Positions 27,790 through 37,075 of a DNA stretch of 64,000 bases are shown here, piece after piece. The translations under genes were made by a program, and so were the position numbers. The notes below the pieces were generated by a model that saw only the letters and a list, made by a program, of their open reading frames with translations, was not told where the DNA came from and searched no databases. How positions within the stretch are numbered: position 1 is the first letter of the stretch; each line of letters opens with the position of its first letter. Origin of the DNA: Bacteroidales bacterium (GTDB lineage: Bacteria; Bacteroidota; Bacteroidia; Bacteroidales; UBA10428); contig JAFGTR010000028.1 in the NCBI GenBank assembly GCA_016934055.1, positions 7,929 to 71,928 on the forward strand. The letters are read 5' to 3'.

Positions 27790-28494
27790 TTAATTTACAA
27801 TCAGTTTTCTGACCCCTGAAAACTCACGGTCCTTAACCTTTATGAAATAAACACCTTTAGGAAGTGTTCCTGTCTTCAATTTGATCAGGGTATTGTTTAT
27901 CCTTGCCTGATTTATGTTAAGGGCTTTCCCGGAAATATCAAACAGTTCTACAGACAGAACGTCTGTGTGACGGGGTAATCTGAGTGTGACCTCCTCACCG
28001 GCAGGGTTGGGAAAAATATCAAATGCCAGATCTTTTTCTTTCTCTGCAAGGCCTGACGAAGGTTCCCAGTTCGGGCACTTACCAAAATAGCACATGATGG
28101 TCACATCTGTTTCAGGCACCACAATATACCTGTCAGATCCATACCTCAGGGGATAATCTGCAACACAGGCAGAATCAAACCATTCACGGTATCGCTGGTA
28201 GTAAGTCCAGTCCTGGTTGCCGGCACTGTCCCAGGAGTTAACGGTAATAAAATAATAGGCCAGTGAATCATTGCCGTCGCCGTCTACGGTTCCGGGATCA
28301 AGACTTGTACTCCAGGTATAAAGGCTGTCACCGAGGTCAAACATGGGCTGAAATTCCCAGTTTGTAACCGAACCAACAATAAAAACCGTGTCAAGGGGAA
28401 GATCCTGGCCTGACATCTTTAAATTAAAGGTGATGTTCACACTAAAAGCCTGAATTGAAAAGGCCATGAGTAAAAGTGTAAAAAGTTTTTTCAT
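27790..28494 (-). CDS. Secreted beta-sandwich protein with T9SS type-A sorting domain, in the SusE/F position (candidate surface glycan-binding protein)
   Basis: Signal peptide [18 protein letters not shown]. The module NITFNLKMSGQDL resembles VIFKVDMSGQDM in the GH53 protein. C-terminus FPNPAGEEVTL...LPKGVYFIKV. Confidence 0.6.
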   Translation of the reverse strand: MKKLFTLLLMAFSIQAFSVNITFNLKMSGQDLPLDTVFIVGSVTNWEFQPMFDLGDSLYTWSTSLDPGTVDGDGNDSLAYYFITVNSWDSAGNQDWTYYQRYREWFDSACVADYPLRYGSDRYIVVPETDVTIMCYFGKCPNWEPSSGLAEKEKDLAFDIFPNPAGEEVTLRLPRHTDVLSVELFDISGKALNINQARINNTLIKLKTGTLPKGVYFIKVKDREFSGVRKLIVN

Positions 28495-28660
28495 AGTTCC
28501 TGATTTAGAAGTTAATAATTCATTCTGATTCATTCAATAGTAGTCGAAAATTTGCCGATTTTCTATTTATTGGCCACCAAAGCACCAGAACACCAAATTC
28601 TGAAGGGTTCTTTGCAAAAGATTTGTAATGTTCTGATGAAGGGGTCCATATTAATCATTC

Positions 28661-28694
28661 AAAAAATCCTGCGAGGGCAGTATGCCCTCACAGG
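28661..28694 (-). terminator. Hairpin plus T-tract just after susD
   Basis: Minus strand CCTGTGAGGGCA-tac-TGCCCTCGCAGG followed by ATTTTTTG. Confidence 0.6.
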
Positions 28695-28706
28695 AGACAT
28701 TAACTA

Positions 28707-30233
28707 TTAATAACCATCATTTTGTGTAAGCTTTCCCTCACTGTTGTTGATGGCGTAAGAAGGTATCGGGCACAGAGCAGGAGCGTCAGCATTTTTGCCC
28801 GCTACTGCAGCCAATGCTGAAGGCCATTTCCCATGCCTGATCAGGTCGGTTTTCCGGAATCCTTCCAGGTACAATTCCCATCCTCTTTCCCTCAATATGG
28901 CATCATTAAAGGCCTGTTGTGAGGCTATGTCTTCAGCTGCCAGCGGGCCGATATTTGCCCTTATTCTCACACTTTCAACAAGAGCAATAGCTTCCGTAGT
29001 GGGACCGCCGTTGTTATTGTTAATGGCTTCTGCAAGCATCAGCAAAACATCAGCATACCTGGCCAGGATGATATCATTACCCTGGTAACCGCCTTCGATA
29101 CCCTCATCAGGGAATTTCCTGATAAGGGCTCCCCGCATGGCAGGGTTGCTGGTCCGTGTCCTGACAGCATCCTGTCCGGGTCTGACCGTTGAAGGCCTCC
29201 TGGTATATTCTGTTACAAACAGTCTTCTTTCGTCAGCCGGATCAAAAGAGTCATAAAAATCCCAGGTGACCATAAATACACCATCGCCCCAGCCGCCGTT
29301 GATAACCTTATCACCCGGGTAATCTTCAGGGTAGCAATAGAAGGCAATCGGGTTAAAGTTCTTCAGCTCATCGTTTTCAGGGCTACAGGAAACCGCCCAT
29401 ATGTTCTCTGTATTTTGTTCGGTAGCTTCACGGAAAAGACTGGCATAATCATCAACCAGCTGATAACCAAGTGTTGTGATTTCCCTGCCCACCGATTCGG
29501 CATTCACAAAATCCTTCTCATTCATGTAAAGCCTCATCAATAGTGTCAAACCCAGGCCTTTATTAAACCTTCCGTATTCCGGCGGATCTTTTTCGAGATT
29601 ATCAGCGGCATAACGCAGATCTTCAGCAATAGCGGCAACAAAAGACTCTCTTGATGGACGGCTTAAGTTGCTCTCGGCTTCGACATCTCCGACTATATCA
29701 TAATCCAGGATTACCGGAACAGGACCAAAATAATTCAACAGGAAAGACATGATCCATCCCCTGGCCAGCCGGGCTTCAGCAACAAATTGTGTCTTCGCGG
29801 CCTCTGATAAATCAGATTTTTCAAGGTCACCAATAATTTTGGTCGCACGGGTTACAAACCTGACTTTTTCAAAATGGCTTTCCGCCTTGCTTTCATTTAA
29901 CATATAATCAAAATTGCAGGTACTTTGCCCTTCCCAGAAACCACCCCATTGTGTAAATGCCGTAAAAATATCGGAAGGCATATCAAGCATCACAAGATGT
30001 CCGCGTTCGGGGCAGAAAAAACCATTCGTCCAGTCAGTCCCTGCTTCCTGGTACCCCCAGCTTCCCATGAAAGGTTTATAGAGTTCTATCATGTATAACT
30101 CATATTCCTGTTCATTGGAAGGGAAAGTTGTGGGCGACAGGGTGCCGTATAATTGCGGATCGAGGCCTTTTTCGCAACCATTAAGAAATAAAACGGATGC
30201 TGCTATAAATAGTATGATGAGTGTATTTTTCAT
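28707..30233 (-). CDS. susD: SusD/RagB-family lipoprotein
   Basis: Lipobox LFLNGC. C-terminal ADVLLMLAEA and ILRERGWELYLEGFRKTDLIR. Directly downstream of SusC. Confidence 0.9.
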   Translation of the reverse strand: MKNTLIILFIAASVLFLNGCEKGLDPQLYGTLSPTTFPSNEQEYELYMIELYKPFMGSWGYQEAGTDWTNGFFCPERGHLVMLDMPSDIFTAFTQWGGFWEGQSTCNFDYMLNESKAESHFEKVRFVTRATKIIGDLEKSDLSEAAKTQFVAEARLARGWIMSFLLNYFGPVPVILDYDIVGDVEAESNLSRPSRESFVAAIAEDLRYAADNLEKDPPEYGRFNKGLGLTLLMRLYMNEKDFVNAESVGREITTLGYQLVDDYASLFREATEQNTENIWAVSCSPENDELKNFNPIAFYCYPEDYPGDKVINGGWGDGVFMVTWDFYDSFDPADERRLFVTEYTRRPSTVRPGQDAVRTRTSNPAMRGALIRKFPDEGIEGGYQGNDIILARYADVLLMLAEAINNNNGGPTTEAIALVESVRIRANIGPLAAEDIASQQAFNDAILRERGWELYLEGFRKTDLIRHGKWPSALAAVAGKNADAPALCPIPSYAINNSEGKLTQNDGY

Positions 30234-30251
30234 ATTTTATCATTTTTAGCG

Positions 30252-33200
30252 TTAGAAATTGGCATTTACCCCGATTGAAAATGTACTGGTCATCGGATAT
30301 GGCGCTGCTGCACTTACCCTTGGTTTCGGGAAACTGATCTCAGGATCGCCACCCTTGTATTTTGTAATAATAAAAGGATTTTGTGCATCAAGGTATAACC
30401 TGAGATTTGGTATTACTTTTTTGAGTGCAGGATTATTAAAGGTATAGCCCAGGGTAATATTCCGGCAACGGACAAAGTCTTTTTTGTCAAGCCAGGTATC
30501 AACACCGGCGCTTAATCCCAGGGATGATTCATTATATGCAATCCCAGGTAATATACCATCCGGATTCTCTGTGCTCCATACATTCCTGATATCCTGTGAT
30601 CCGTTTTGTGTTCCGTTGACAAAGGCCAGGGGATCAGCCCAGGCATAGCTGTTGTTCCAGTCCCATGCCCCGAACTGTCCGTAGAAGAAAATGCCCAGAT
30701 CCCAGTTCTTTATTGTGAAATTATTGCCGAAACCAATGATAATTTTCGGGTCCATGCTATACATAACAACATCATCATTATTCAGGGAATCATTGCCATC
30801 CCTGTCAACAAATACCGGAGAACCGGGTTGCCGTGCATTCGAAGGCTGGTAATCGCTTGCCGTTTCGCCAATCTGCAGGATGCCGTCAGTTTCATAAACG
30901 TAGATCGCCCTGACAGGATCGGTTTCATTAATATAGGACTGTAGCCCTTCATAAGGAGGTCTTTCCACCCAGGTATGCTTGTAATGTGATAGATTCAGAA
31001 TACTCCGCCATTCAACAATTCCTGACTTCACATTGATGGTATTTATTGCGATCTCATAGCCCTTCCTCACCTGATGGCCTGAATTCACAGGATAGGTCTG
31101 GATGGATGCCAGCGGCGCCGTTGGTGCATTGCTGTATATCAGGTTCGGGTTATCATCCTGGAACAGATCAACCGATCCTGATAACCTGCTGCCGAACAGG
31201 CTGAAATCGAGTCCGATGTTGGTCATCACCGTCTTTTCCCATTCCAGGTCAGGCTGATCAGTGGCAACCTGATAATAAGCCGGGTATATTGTTTGCCCGT
31301 CATCAAAAGTAACCTGTACCTGGCGAGTGCCGTTCTTATCGGATTCAAACCTTCCCATCGCCACTGTGCCCCAGGTTCTTCCGGTTGTTCCAATGCTGGC
31401 TCTCAGCTTCAAAAGGTTGATCATATCAACATTCATCAGGAAGGACTCGTTAGAGATTTTCCATCCAACAGAAGCTGAAGGAAAGGCAGCAAATTTGTTA
31501 TCTGAAAAGAACTTATCATAGCCATCGTAACGTATAGATAACATAACCAGATATTTATCCAGAATATCAAAGTTACCCCTGGCAAAGTAAGATCTTTTCT
31601 TATCAACCGATTTACTTGAAAAAGCTGTTTTTGTCGGGGCCGCTTCAATACTGCTTGTGTTAATAGCGTCGAGCATATCAGAAGCTTCGATGCCATAACT
31701 GTAATAGTCATCCTGATACTGGCCAACGCCACCCATAAGGTCAAGATTCAGGAATTCCCCGATCTTCTTATTGAAACTCAGGATGGCTTCCATCGTCTGG
31801 TTCTGTCTTCTGTTTTCGAAGAGAGAACCTCTTGACTGGTAAATCTGGCCCCAGTATACCGTTGACGGAATATAAAAATCACGATTGGCATTTTCAAAGT
31901 TGTTACCATATAACAGTTTGCCTTTCAGCAGATTGGGAATAATGTCAATGTCCAGAGAGATGGTACTCAATATGCCGCTACTCACCGTATTGTCTTTAAC
32001 ATCTATAAGAGAAACAGGGTTTGCAATAATAGCAAACTGTGAATAAGAACCATCTTCATTCCTCACCGGAATGGTGGGATCGTAAGCTAATGCTGCCTGA
32101 AGCATACCATATCCCTGCGATCCTGAGCCCCCTGCCTGTTCACCTGCGCCTGAATTGGTGTAAAAATTACGGCTGGCATTGATGCTGGTATATAATTTGA
32201 GAAATTTTGCCAATTGGAAGGAAACATTTAGTCTGCCGTTGTAACGTGTAAGATCGGAATGTTCCAGGATACCATTCTGATGGTAATAATTTCCGGAGAA
32301 GAAATACGATACTTTTTCAGACCCGCCATTAATGGACAAGGAATGATTGTCAATGCTTCCGTTTCTGATGACCTCATCCAGCCAGTTGGTTCCGTCACCT
32401 GCTGCTGCAATGACACTGTCAGAATAAGGGATCGTTAACCCCATGGCAGGTGTCGCACCAAAAGGGTCCATTCTCCTGTCATACAGATATTTATCTTCAT
32501 AAAGATGGTTGAAGTATGTCATATAATCAGCGGCATTTAAAGGTTCAATGTAGTTCATTGCCCTTACCACAGAGTGGCTGCCGTTATAGGTCACATTCAT
32601 TTTTCCGGCTCTTCCCTTTTTCGTGGTGATAAGTATAACACCGTCTGCAGCTGCAACACCATAGATGGAAGCACTGGCATCTTTCAACACTTCAACCGAT
32701 TCAATGTCATTGGGGTTAATATCGGCCAGGCCGCCCCGGTCCACACCCTGAAGTTCAATGGTCCCGTTGTCAGGTTCCAGACCGGAATTCGGGTAAACAA
32801 TTCCGTCGATAACGATCAAAGGATTTGATCTGCCTCTGATTGACAGGTCAATTCTGCCGCCGGGTTCATTGCTTTCCTGAACAACACTCAGGCCGGCAGC
32901 CCTTCCGAAGAGGAGCTGGGAAATATTGTTGTTGGCAGCAGATGGCACGTCCTCCGGATCAACTTTTACGATGGAGGTCGTCAGATTTTGTTTCGATATG
33001 GTTCCGTAACCAATCACCACAACTTCCTGTAAGGCCTCTATATTCTCAACCAGGGCAAGTGATATGCTGGTTTGGTTTCTCACCTCAACCTCTTTCGTCA
33101 GATAACCGATAAAAGAGAAAACAAGCACTGAATTTGGTCCGGCCACCGTTATGGTGAAATTTCCATCTGTATCAGTGATGGTTCCATTTGTGGTTCCTTT

Positions 33201-33644
33201 TTCCACCACATTAACACCCGGCAATGCCTCATTTGTAACGGACGCAACCACTCTCCCTGATATCCTGATGCCCTGACCGGAAATCGTATTGGGGGTAATA
33301 ACAATCAGGTTGTTCTCCAGCACGGTGAATTTCATCTCGGTCTCGTTCATCATCCTGTTCAGTACATCCTGCAGTTTTGTCTTTTCAACACTGAGGGTAA
33401 TGGTTTTATCCCTGACAACTTCGTTAATGTACAGAAACCGCACATCACATTGCTGTTCTATCTCATGAAAAACCTGGGCTATTGGGGCATTTTTCAGATC
33501 GAGCGTAATTTCAGCTGTTTGTGAAAAGCTGTTAGCAAAGGTTTGAAGGGCTCCCAACACTATCAGCAAAAAGGTCAGTTTCATGGTGAGTAAAATTTTT
33601 TTACGGCATCTAAAAATGATACCTTTCGTAAAGGGTTTATTCAT
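30252..33644 (-). CDS. susC: SusC/RagA-family TonB-dependent transporter with N-terminal STN signalling domain
   Basis: STN-like region (ITLDLKNAPIAQVFHEIEQQCDVRFLY), CarboxypepD_reg-like region (ISGRVV...GVNVVEKGTTNGTITDTDGNFTI), TonB-box/plug, and a beta-barrel ending in ...GVNANF. An alternative start is ATG 33584. Confidence 0.93.
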   Translation of the reverse strand: MNKPFTKGIIFRCRKKILLTMKLTFLLIVLGALQTFANSFSQTAEITLDLKNAPIAQVFHEIEQQCDVRFLYINEVVRDKTITLSVEKTKLQDVLNRMMNETEMKFTVLENNLIVITPNTISGQGIRISGRVVASVTNEALPGVNVVEKGTTNGTITDTDGNFTITVAGPNSVLVFSFIGYLTKEVEVRNQTSISLALVENIEALQEVVVIGYGTISKQNLTTSIVKVDPEDVPSAANNNISQLLFGRAAGLSVVQESNEPGGRIDLSIRGRSNPLIVIDGIVYPNSGLEPDNGTIELQGVDRGGLADINPNDIESVEVLKDASASIYGVAAADGVILITTKKGRAGKMNVTYNGSHSVVRAMNYIEPLNAADYMTYFNHLYEDKYLYDRRMDPFGATPAMGLTIPYSDSVIAAAGDGTNWLDEVIRNGSIDNHSLSINGGSEKVSYFFSGNYYHQNGILEHSDLTRYNGRLNVSFQLAKFLKLYTSINASRNFYTNSGAGEQAGGSGSQGYGMLQAALAYDPTIPVRNEDGSYSQFAIIANPVSLIDVKDNTVSSGILSTISLDIDIIPNLLKGKLLYGNNFENANRDFYIPSTVYWGQIYQSRGSLFENRRQNQTMEAILSFNKKIGEFLNLDLMGGVGQYQDDYYSYGIEASDMLDAINTSSIEAAPTKTAFSSKSVDKKRSYFARGNFDILDKYLVMLSIRYDGYDKFFSDNKFAAFPSASVGWKISNESFLMNVDMINLLKLRASIGTTGRTWGTVAMGRFESDKNGTRQVQVTFDDGQTIYPAYYQVATDQPDLEWEKTVMTNIGLDFSLFGSRLSGSVDLFQDDNPNLIYSNAPTAPLASIQTYPVNSGHQVRKGYEIAINTINVKSGIVEWRSILNLSHYKHTWVERPPYEGLQSYINETDPVRAIYVYETDGILQIGETASDYQPSNARQPGSPVFVDRDGNDSLNNDDVVMYSMDPKIIIGFGNNFTIKNWDLGIFFYGQFGAWDWNNSYAWADPLAFVNGTQNGSQDIRNVWSTENPDGILPGIAYNESSLGLSAGVDTWLDKKDFVRCRNITLGYTFNNPALKKVIPNLRLYLDAQNPFIITKYKGGDPEISFPKPRVSAAAPYPMTSTFSIGVNANF

Positions 33645-33689
33645 AAATTTGTACAGTTTAGAGTTAATAATTAATTAATTCTGATTACC

Positions 33690-33721
33690 GGGCTGATGAA
33701 TGTTGCCGCATTTATCAGCCC
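33690..33721 (-). other. 8-bp hairpin (GGGCTGAT/ATCAGCCC) between fecR-like and susC
   Basis: Read directly. No clear T-tract, so function is uncertain. Confidence 0.35.
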
Positions 33722-33763
33722 TCTTTTTCAGGTTTTACAGGTTTTTTTGTCATAGGCTAAAGG

Positions 33764-34858
33764 TTAATTATTTGTTTTATCCAGAAAAGACACTTCAATC
33801 TTGTTTTTATTGATCGAATAATTGAACCCGGGCGTGGCGACTTTCAAAGCACGTAAGGCTTGTTCCACTGTCTCTTTTTCAAATATGCCCGTATAGTTCA
33901 GGTTGTCTGAAGGATTGTCAAGCAGGGTGATCTCCACATCATACCAGCGTTCTATTTTTATCAGCAATGATTCAAATGGCTCATTGATAAAAATGAGCTT
34001 ATGATCCTTCCAGGAAATGACAGGCATAGCATCTACATTGCTTGATATTTTGGCAGTACGGATATTCATTATCTTTTCGGGTAATGTCTTTCCGTTATCA
34101 AGTGTAAAACGCTCTGCATATCTTTGAAAAATAACTTTCTGATTAGGTTTTAAGATAACTGTCTGCTTATGACCCTTTGATTCCGTGAGAGTTTGAATTT
34201 CCAGCATTCCTGAAAGCAAAGTGGCTTCAACTGTATTGTCCTCGCGATAGGATTTCAGGTTAAACGTTGTACCCAGGACCTTGAGCTGTATCTCGGAGGT
34301 GCGCACATAAAACGGATGAGATTTGTCAGCAACCACATCAAAATAGGCCTCTCCCTCCAGTTCAACCTTTCTGTTCTGATTAAAATTCAAGGCATATTTC
34401 AAAGTGGAACCACTGTTCAGCCATCCTTTGGAACCATCAGGAAGGTTGAAACTTACCCTCGATCCCATAGTGGAATGTATCTCTGCCCAGGCAATTTTTT
34501 CATAATTGGCACCTCCTGCATACTGGCGGTATGCCAAAATACCAAAGGCGAGAAGAAGAGGCAGCAGGATAACGGCTGCAACCCTGTAATACGATCTCAG
34601 AATTCTGAACAAAGTCCTGTTTTCAGTGATGTTTTTGTTCATGTTCATTCTGAAATGAATCTTATGCAGAACATTATCAAGATTTTTTTCAGGTATATCA
34701 GCCCTATCAATGAAACAATTCCACTGGTGTGACAGAAAGGATTTCAATGTACTTCGCCTGCTGTCATCATTAAAGACTTCCTGAATATAATCAGCATCAT
34801 GCCCTTCTGATTTGCCGTTAAAATAACGCTCCAGTCTTTCCTTATCAACGTTGTTCAT
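33764..34858 (-). CDS. FecR-family anti-sigma factor (single-pass, periplasmic FecR + DUF4974-type C-terminus)
   Basis: N-terminal LERYFNGK..., one TM helix (AAVILLPLLLAFGILAY), and a FecR-type beta-rich periplasmic part. Lies between the ECF sigma and SusC. Start moved to MNNVDKE. Confidence 0.88.
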   Translation of the reverse strand: MNNVDKERLERYFNGKSEGHDADYIQEVFNDDSRRSTLKSFLSHQWNCFIDRADIPEKNLDNVLHKIHFRMNMNKNITENRTLFRILRSYYRVAAVILLPLLLAFGILAYRQYAGGANYEKIAWAEIHSTMGSRVSFNLPDGSKGWLNSGSTLKYALNFNQNRKVELEGEAYFDVVADKSHPFYVRTSEIQLKVLGTTFNLKSYREDNTVEATLLSGMLEIQTLTESKGHKQTVILKPNQKVIFQRYAERFTLDNGKTLPEKIMNIRTAKISSNVDAMPVISWKDHKLIFINEPFESLLIKIERWYDVEITLLDNPSDNLNYTGIFEKETVEQALRALKVATPGFNYSINKNKIEVSFLDKTNN

Positions 34859-35010
34859 CCTGTTTGAGAGTTTATACAGGTTATATCCGCAAAACCAAAA
34901 AAACACCTATCCGGTCCCTGTTTTTTACATAGGATATAAGATAACAAATATCCGTGAGAAAACAGGGTTTCCCCGGGACTAATGAACAATGATCACTGAA
35001 ACTTGATCCT

Positions 35011-35595
35011 TTACAAGATAAAAAGGTATACAAACAACAACCCGACAATACGTTCATCGGTCAGATTATGGCGAATGAATCTGAGTGCTTCCGTAAGCTG
35101 GTTTTCAACCGTTTTTTTACTGATGTTCAGATCAGCTGCAATTTCTTTTACCGAAAGTCCTTCAAAACGGCTTTTGGTAAATATCTCCTTACGGCGCAGG
35201 GGTAACTTTGACACCAGATCATCCAGCCTGCTTTTTAATGAATTGAAATCAACCTTTTCTATTGTGTCCAGGTTGAAGTCATCCATAACCTGCGATTTTA
35301 AATAAGTGTTTACCAGTGAACGGTTCCGGAAATGTTTACGAATAATATTGAAGGCAATGGTGAAGATATATGATCGGAATGAGAGTTCTTCTTTTAATGC
35401 TGTACGTTTCTCCCAGACTTTTGTGAATACTTCCTGGACAAGTTCTTCACATTCAGGCTCTGAACGAAGGTAACCAAATGAAAAGTAATACAAGCGCCGG
35501 CCATAATAGCCGAACAACTCATTAAAAGCCAGCATATCACCTCTTTTAAGGCTTCTGACCAATTGGTTTTCTATATGATGCGGAAGATGTTCCAA
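35011..35595 (-). CDS. ECF-type RNA polymerase sigma-70 factor
   Basis: 194 aa. Region 2 (FNELFGYYGRRLYYFSFGYL...EELVQEVFTKVW) and region 4 HTH (GLSVKEIAADLNISKKTVENQL). Confidence 0.9.
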   Translation of the reverse strand: MEHLPHHIENQLVRSLKRGDMLAFNELFGYYGRRLYYFSFGYLRSEPECEELVQEVFTKVWEKRTALKEELSFRSYIFTIAFNIIRKHFRNRSLVNTYLKSQVMDDFNLDTIEKVDFNSLKSRLDDLVSKLPLRRKEIFTKSRFEGLSVKEIAADLNISKKTVENQLTEALRFIRHNLTDERIVGLLFVYLFIL

Positions 35596-35623
35596 TATTC
35601 AGATTTGCATCTGCCTGTTATTT

Positions 35624-35631
35624 CAAAAGTA
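35624..35631 (-). promoter_or_regulatory. Candidate -7 box TACTTTTG for the ECF sigma gene
   Basis: Matches TAnnTTTG 29 nt upstream of the ATG at 35595. Confidence 0.4.
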
Positions 35632-35705
35632 AATTTAGAAAAATATCTGTTTTAATCAGTCCTTTAAAAATGTGCATTACTACCCCACAGGAATGTTATG
35701 CTGAT

Positions 35706-37061
35706 TTAATTCCCCTCAGGTTTAACAGTCTCATAAAACGGACTTACTGGCCAGGTCCACTCTTCAAAAGAATCAGGCTGTGATGGGTTATAAAGCGGTG
35801 TAACTATCAGGTATGCGGCAAGATCGGGAACTGATGCCTTAATGCCTTCCACAACACATTTTGCCAGTTGATAGGCCCCGTATGCACTATGATGGGAATT
35901 ATCCATGAGTTCAGTATCCTGACCCGGAAACGAAGCTGCCAGATAATGTACAAACAATTTTTTTGAACCTTCCACACCAAGCGCTTCATAAAGAACAGCG
36001 CTCATTTTGTTAAGGTCAATAAGAGGCACGTTTTCTTCCTGCGCAACCTGTCGCATAGCTTCGGGATAATCGCCGTGCGTATTAATTATTTTTCCATTTT
36101 CATTAAAATTCCTGCGGTGCATAGGTGTTATCAATACAGGAAATGCGTTTTTCATCCGGGTCATACAGATATATTTCTTCAGCATTTCCTTATATCCCGT
36201 GAATGCTTCAACATAGGCTGAGCTGGCCGGTTTCTGGTCATTATGACCGAATTCTATAAACAGATAATCACCCGGACGAATATGCCTCATAACTTTCATC
36301 AATCTTCTTTCAGCAACAAAACTTTTCAGCGCCTCTCCCGACTCGGCATAATTAGCCACCACCACTTCTGAATTAAAAAATGCGGTTATCATCTGTCCCC
36401 ATGCCGCCCAGGGTTCTTTTGCCTGATCGGTCACTGTTGAATTTCCGGCCAGAAATAATGTTTTTACAGTGTCTGTTTTCTTTATAACAACAGCATTAAC
36501 GCATGGCCTTGTGTTATTGAATTCCAGCGTCAGCTTATTGTCCCAGTTCACATAATCGTATTCCCTCGTTTTTAACCTGATGCTGAGGGTATCGTTAATA
36601 CGGGGTGTACGGACACTGACCATTATTTCACTGGTTTTATATTCACCCCTTAAAGTCTTTATATCCTCAAGCATCAACCTTCTCGATTCAGCTTTGACGG
36701 TCGTATGGGTTTCACCTTTTTTGTCGCCACTGGTAATAGTGATTTCATAATTACCTTCCGGCAGGTCAACAACAAAATAAAAGGGCCTGTTGCTTGTGCA
36801 AAAATCACGGTGTAACGCGTCTCTTCCTCCACGGTCAACGTCTGTTAAAGGTATCCCGGAAACAAATCCATATCCTCTTTCGGGATTATAGATCATGTTA
36901 CCGGTAACTCTTTTGTATCCGTGTTGTACTCTACCCGGGCCCATATCAAACTGGAGGCAGAATACCGGTTCTTTGCCACAGATTATCTGACCGTTTAGCC
37001 TTGTATTTATAGCTGATACGGCAAATGTCATGCATAAAAATAAGATCATTAATTTCATCAT
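35706..37061 (-). CDS. SGNH/GDSL hydrolase, rhamnogalacturonan acetylesterase-like (CE12) with an N-terminal beta-sandwich domain
   Basis: Block I LFLAGNSTVTDQ, block III FGHND, block V DNSHHS. Signal peptide present. Start could be 37061, 37058 or GTG 37079. Confidence 0.7.
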   Translation of the reverse strand: MMKLMILFLCMTFAVSAINTRLNGQIICGKEPVFCLQFDMGPGRVQHGYKRVTGNMIYNPERGYGFVSGIPLTDVDRGGRDALHRDFCTSNRPFYFVVDLPEGNYEITITSGDKKGETHTTVKAESRRLMLEDIKTLRGEYKTSEIMVSVRTPRINDTLSIRLKTREYDYVNWDNKLTLEFNNTRPCVNAVVIKKTDTVKTLFLAGNSTVTDQAKEPWAAWGQMITAFFNSEVVVANYAESGEALKSFVAERRLMKVMRHIRPGDYLFIEFGHNDQKPASSAYVEAFTGYKEMLKKYICMTRMKNAFPVLITPMHRRNFNENGKIINTHGDYPEAMRQVAQEENVPLIDLNKMSAVLYEALGVEGSKKLFVHYLAASFPGQDTELMDNSHHSAYGAYQLAKCVVEGIKASVPDLAAYLIVTPLYNPSQPDSFEEWTWPVSPFYETVKPEGN

Positions 37062-37075
37062 AATGACAATACAGA

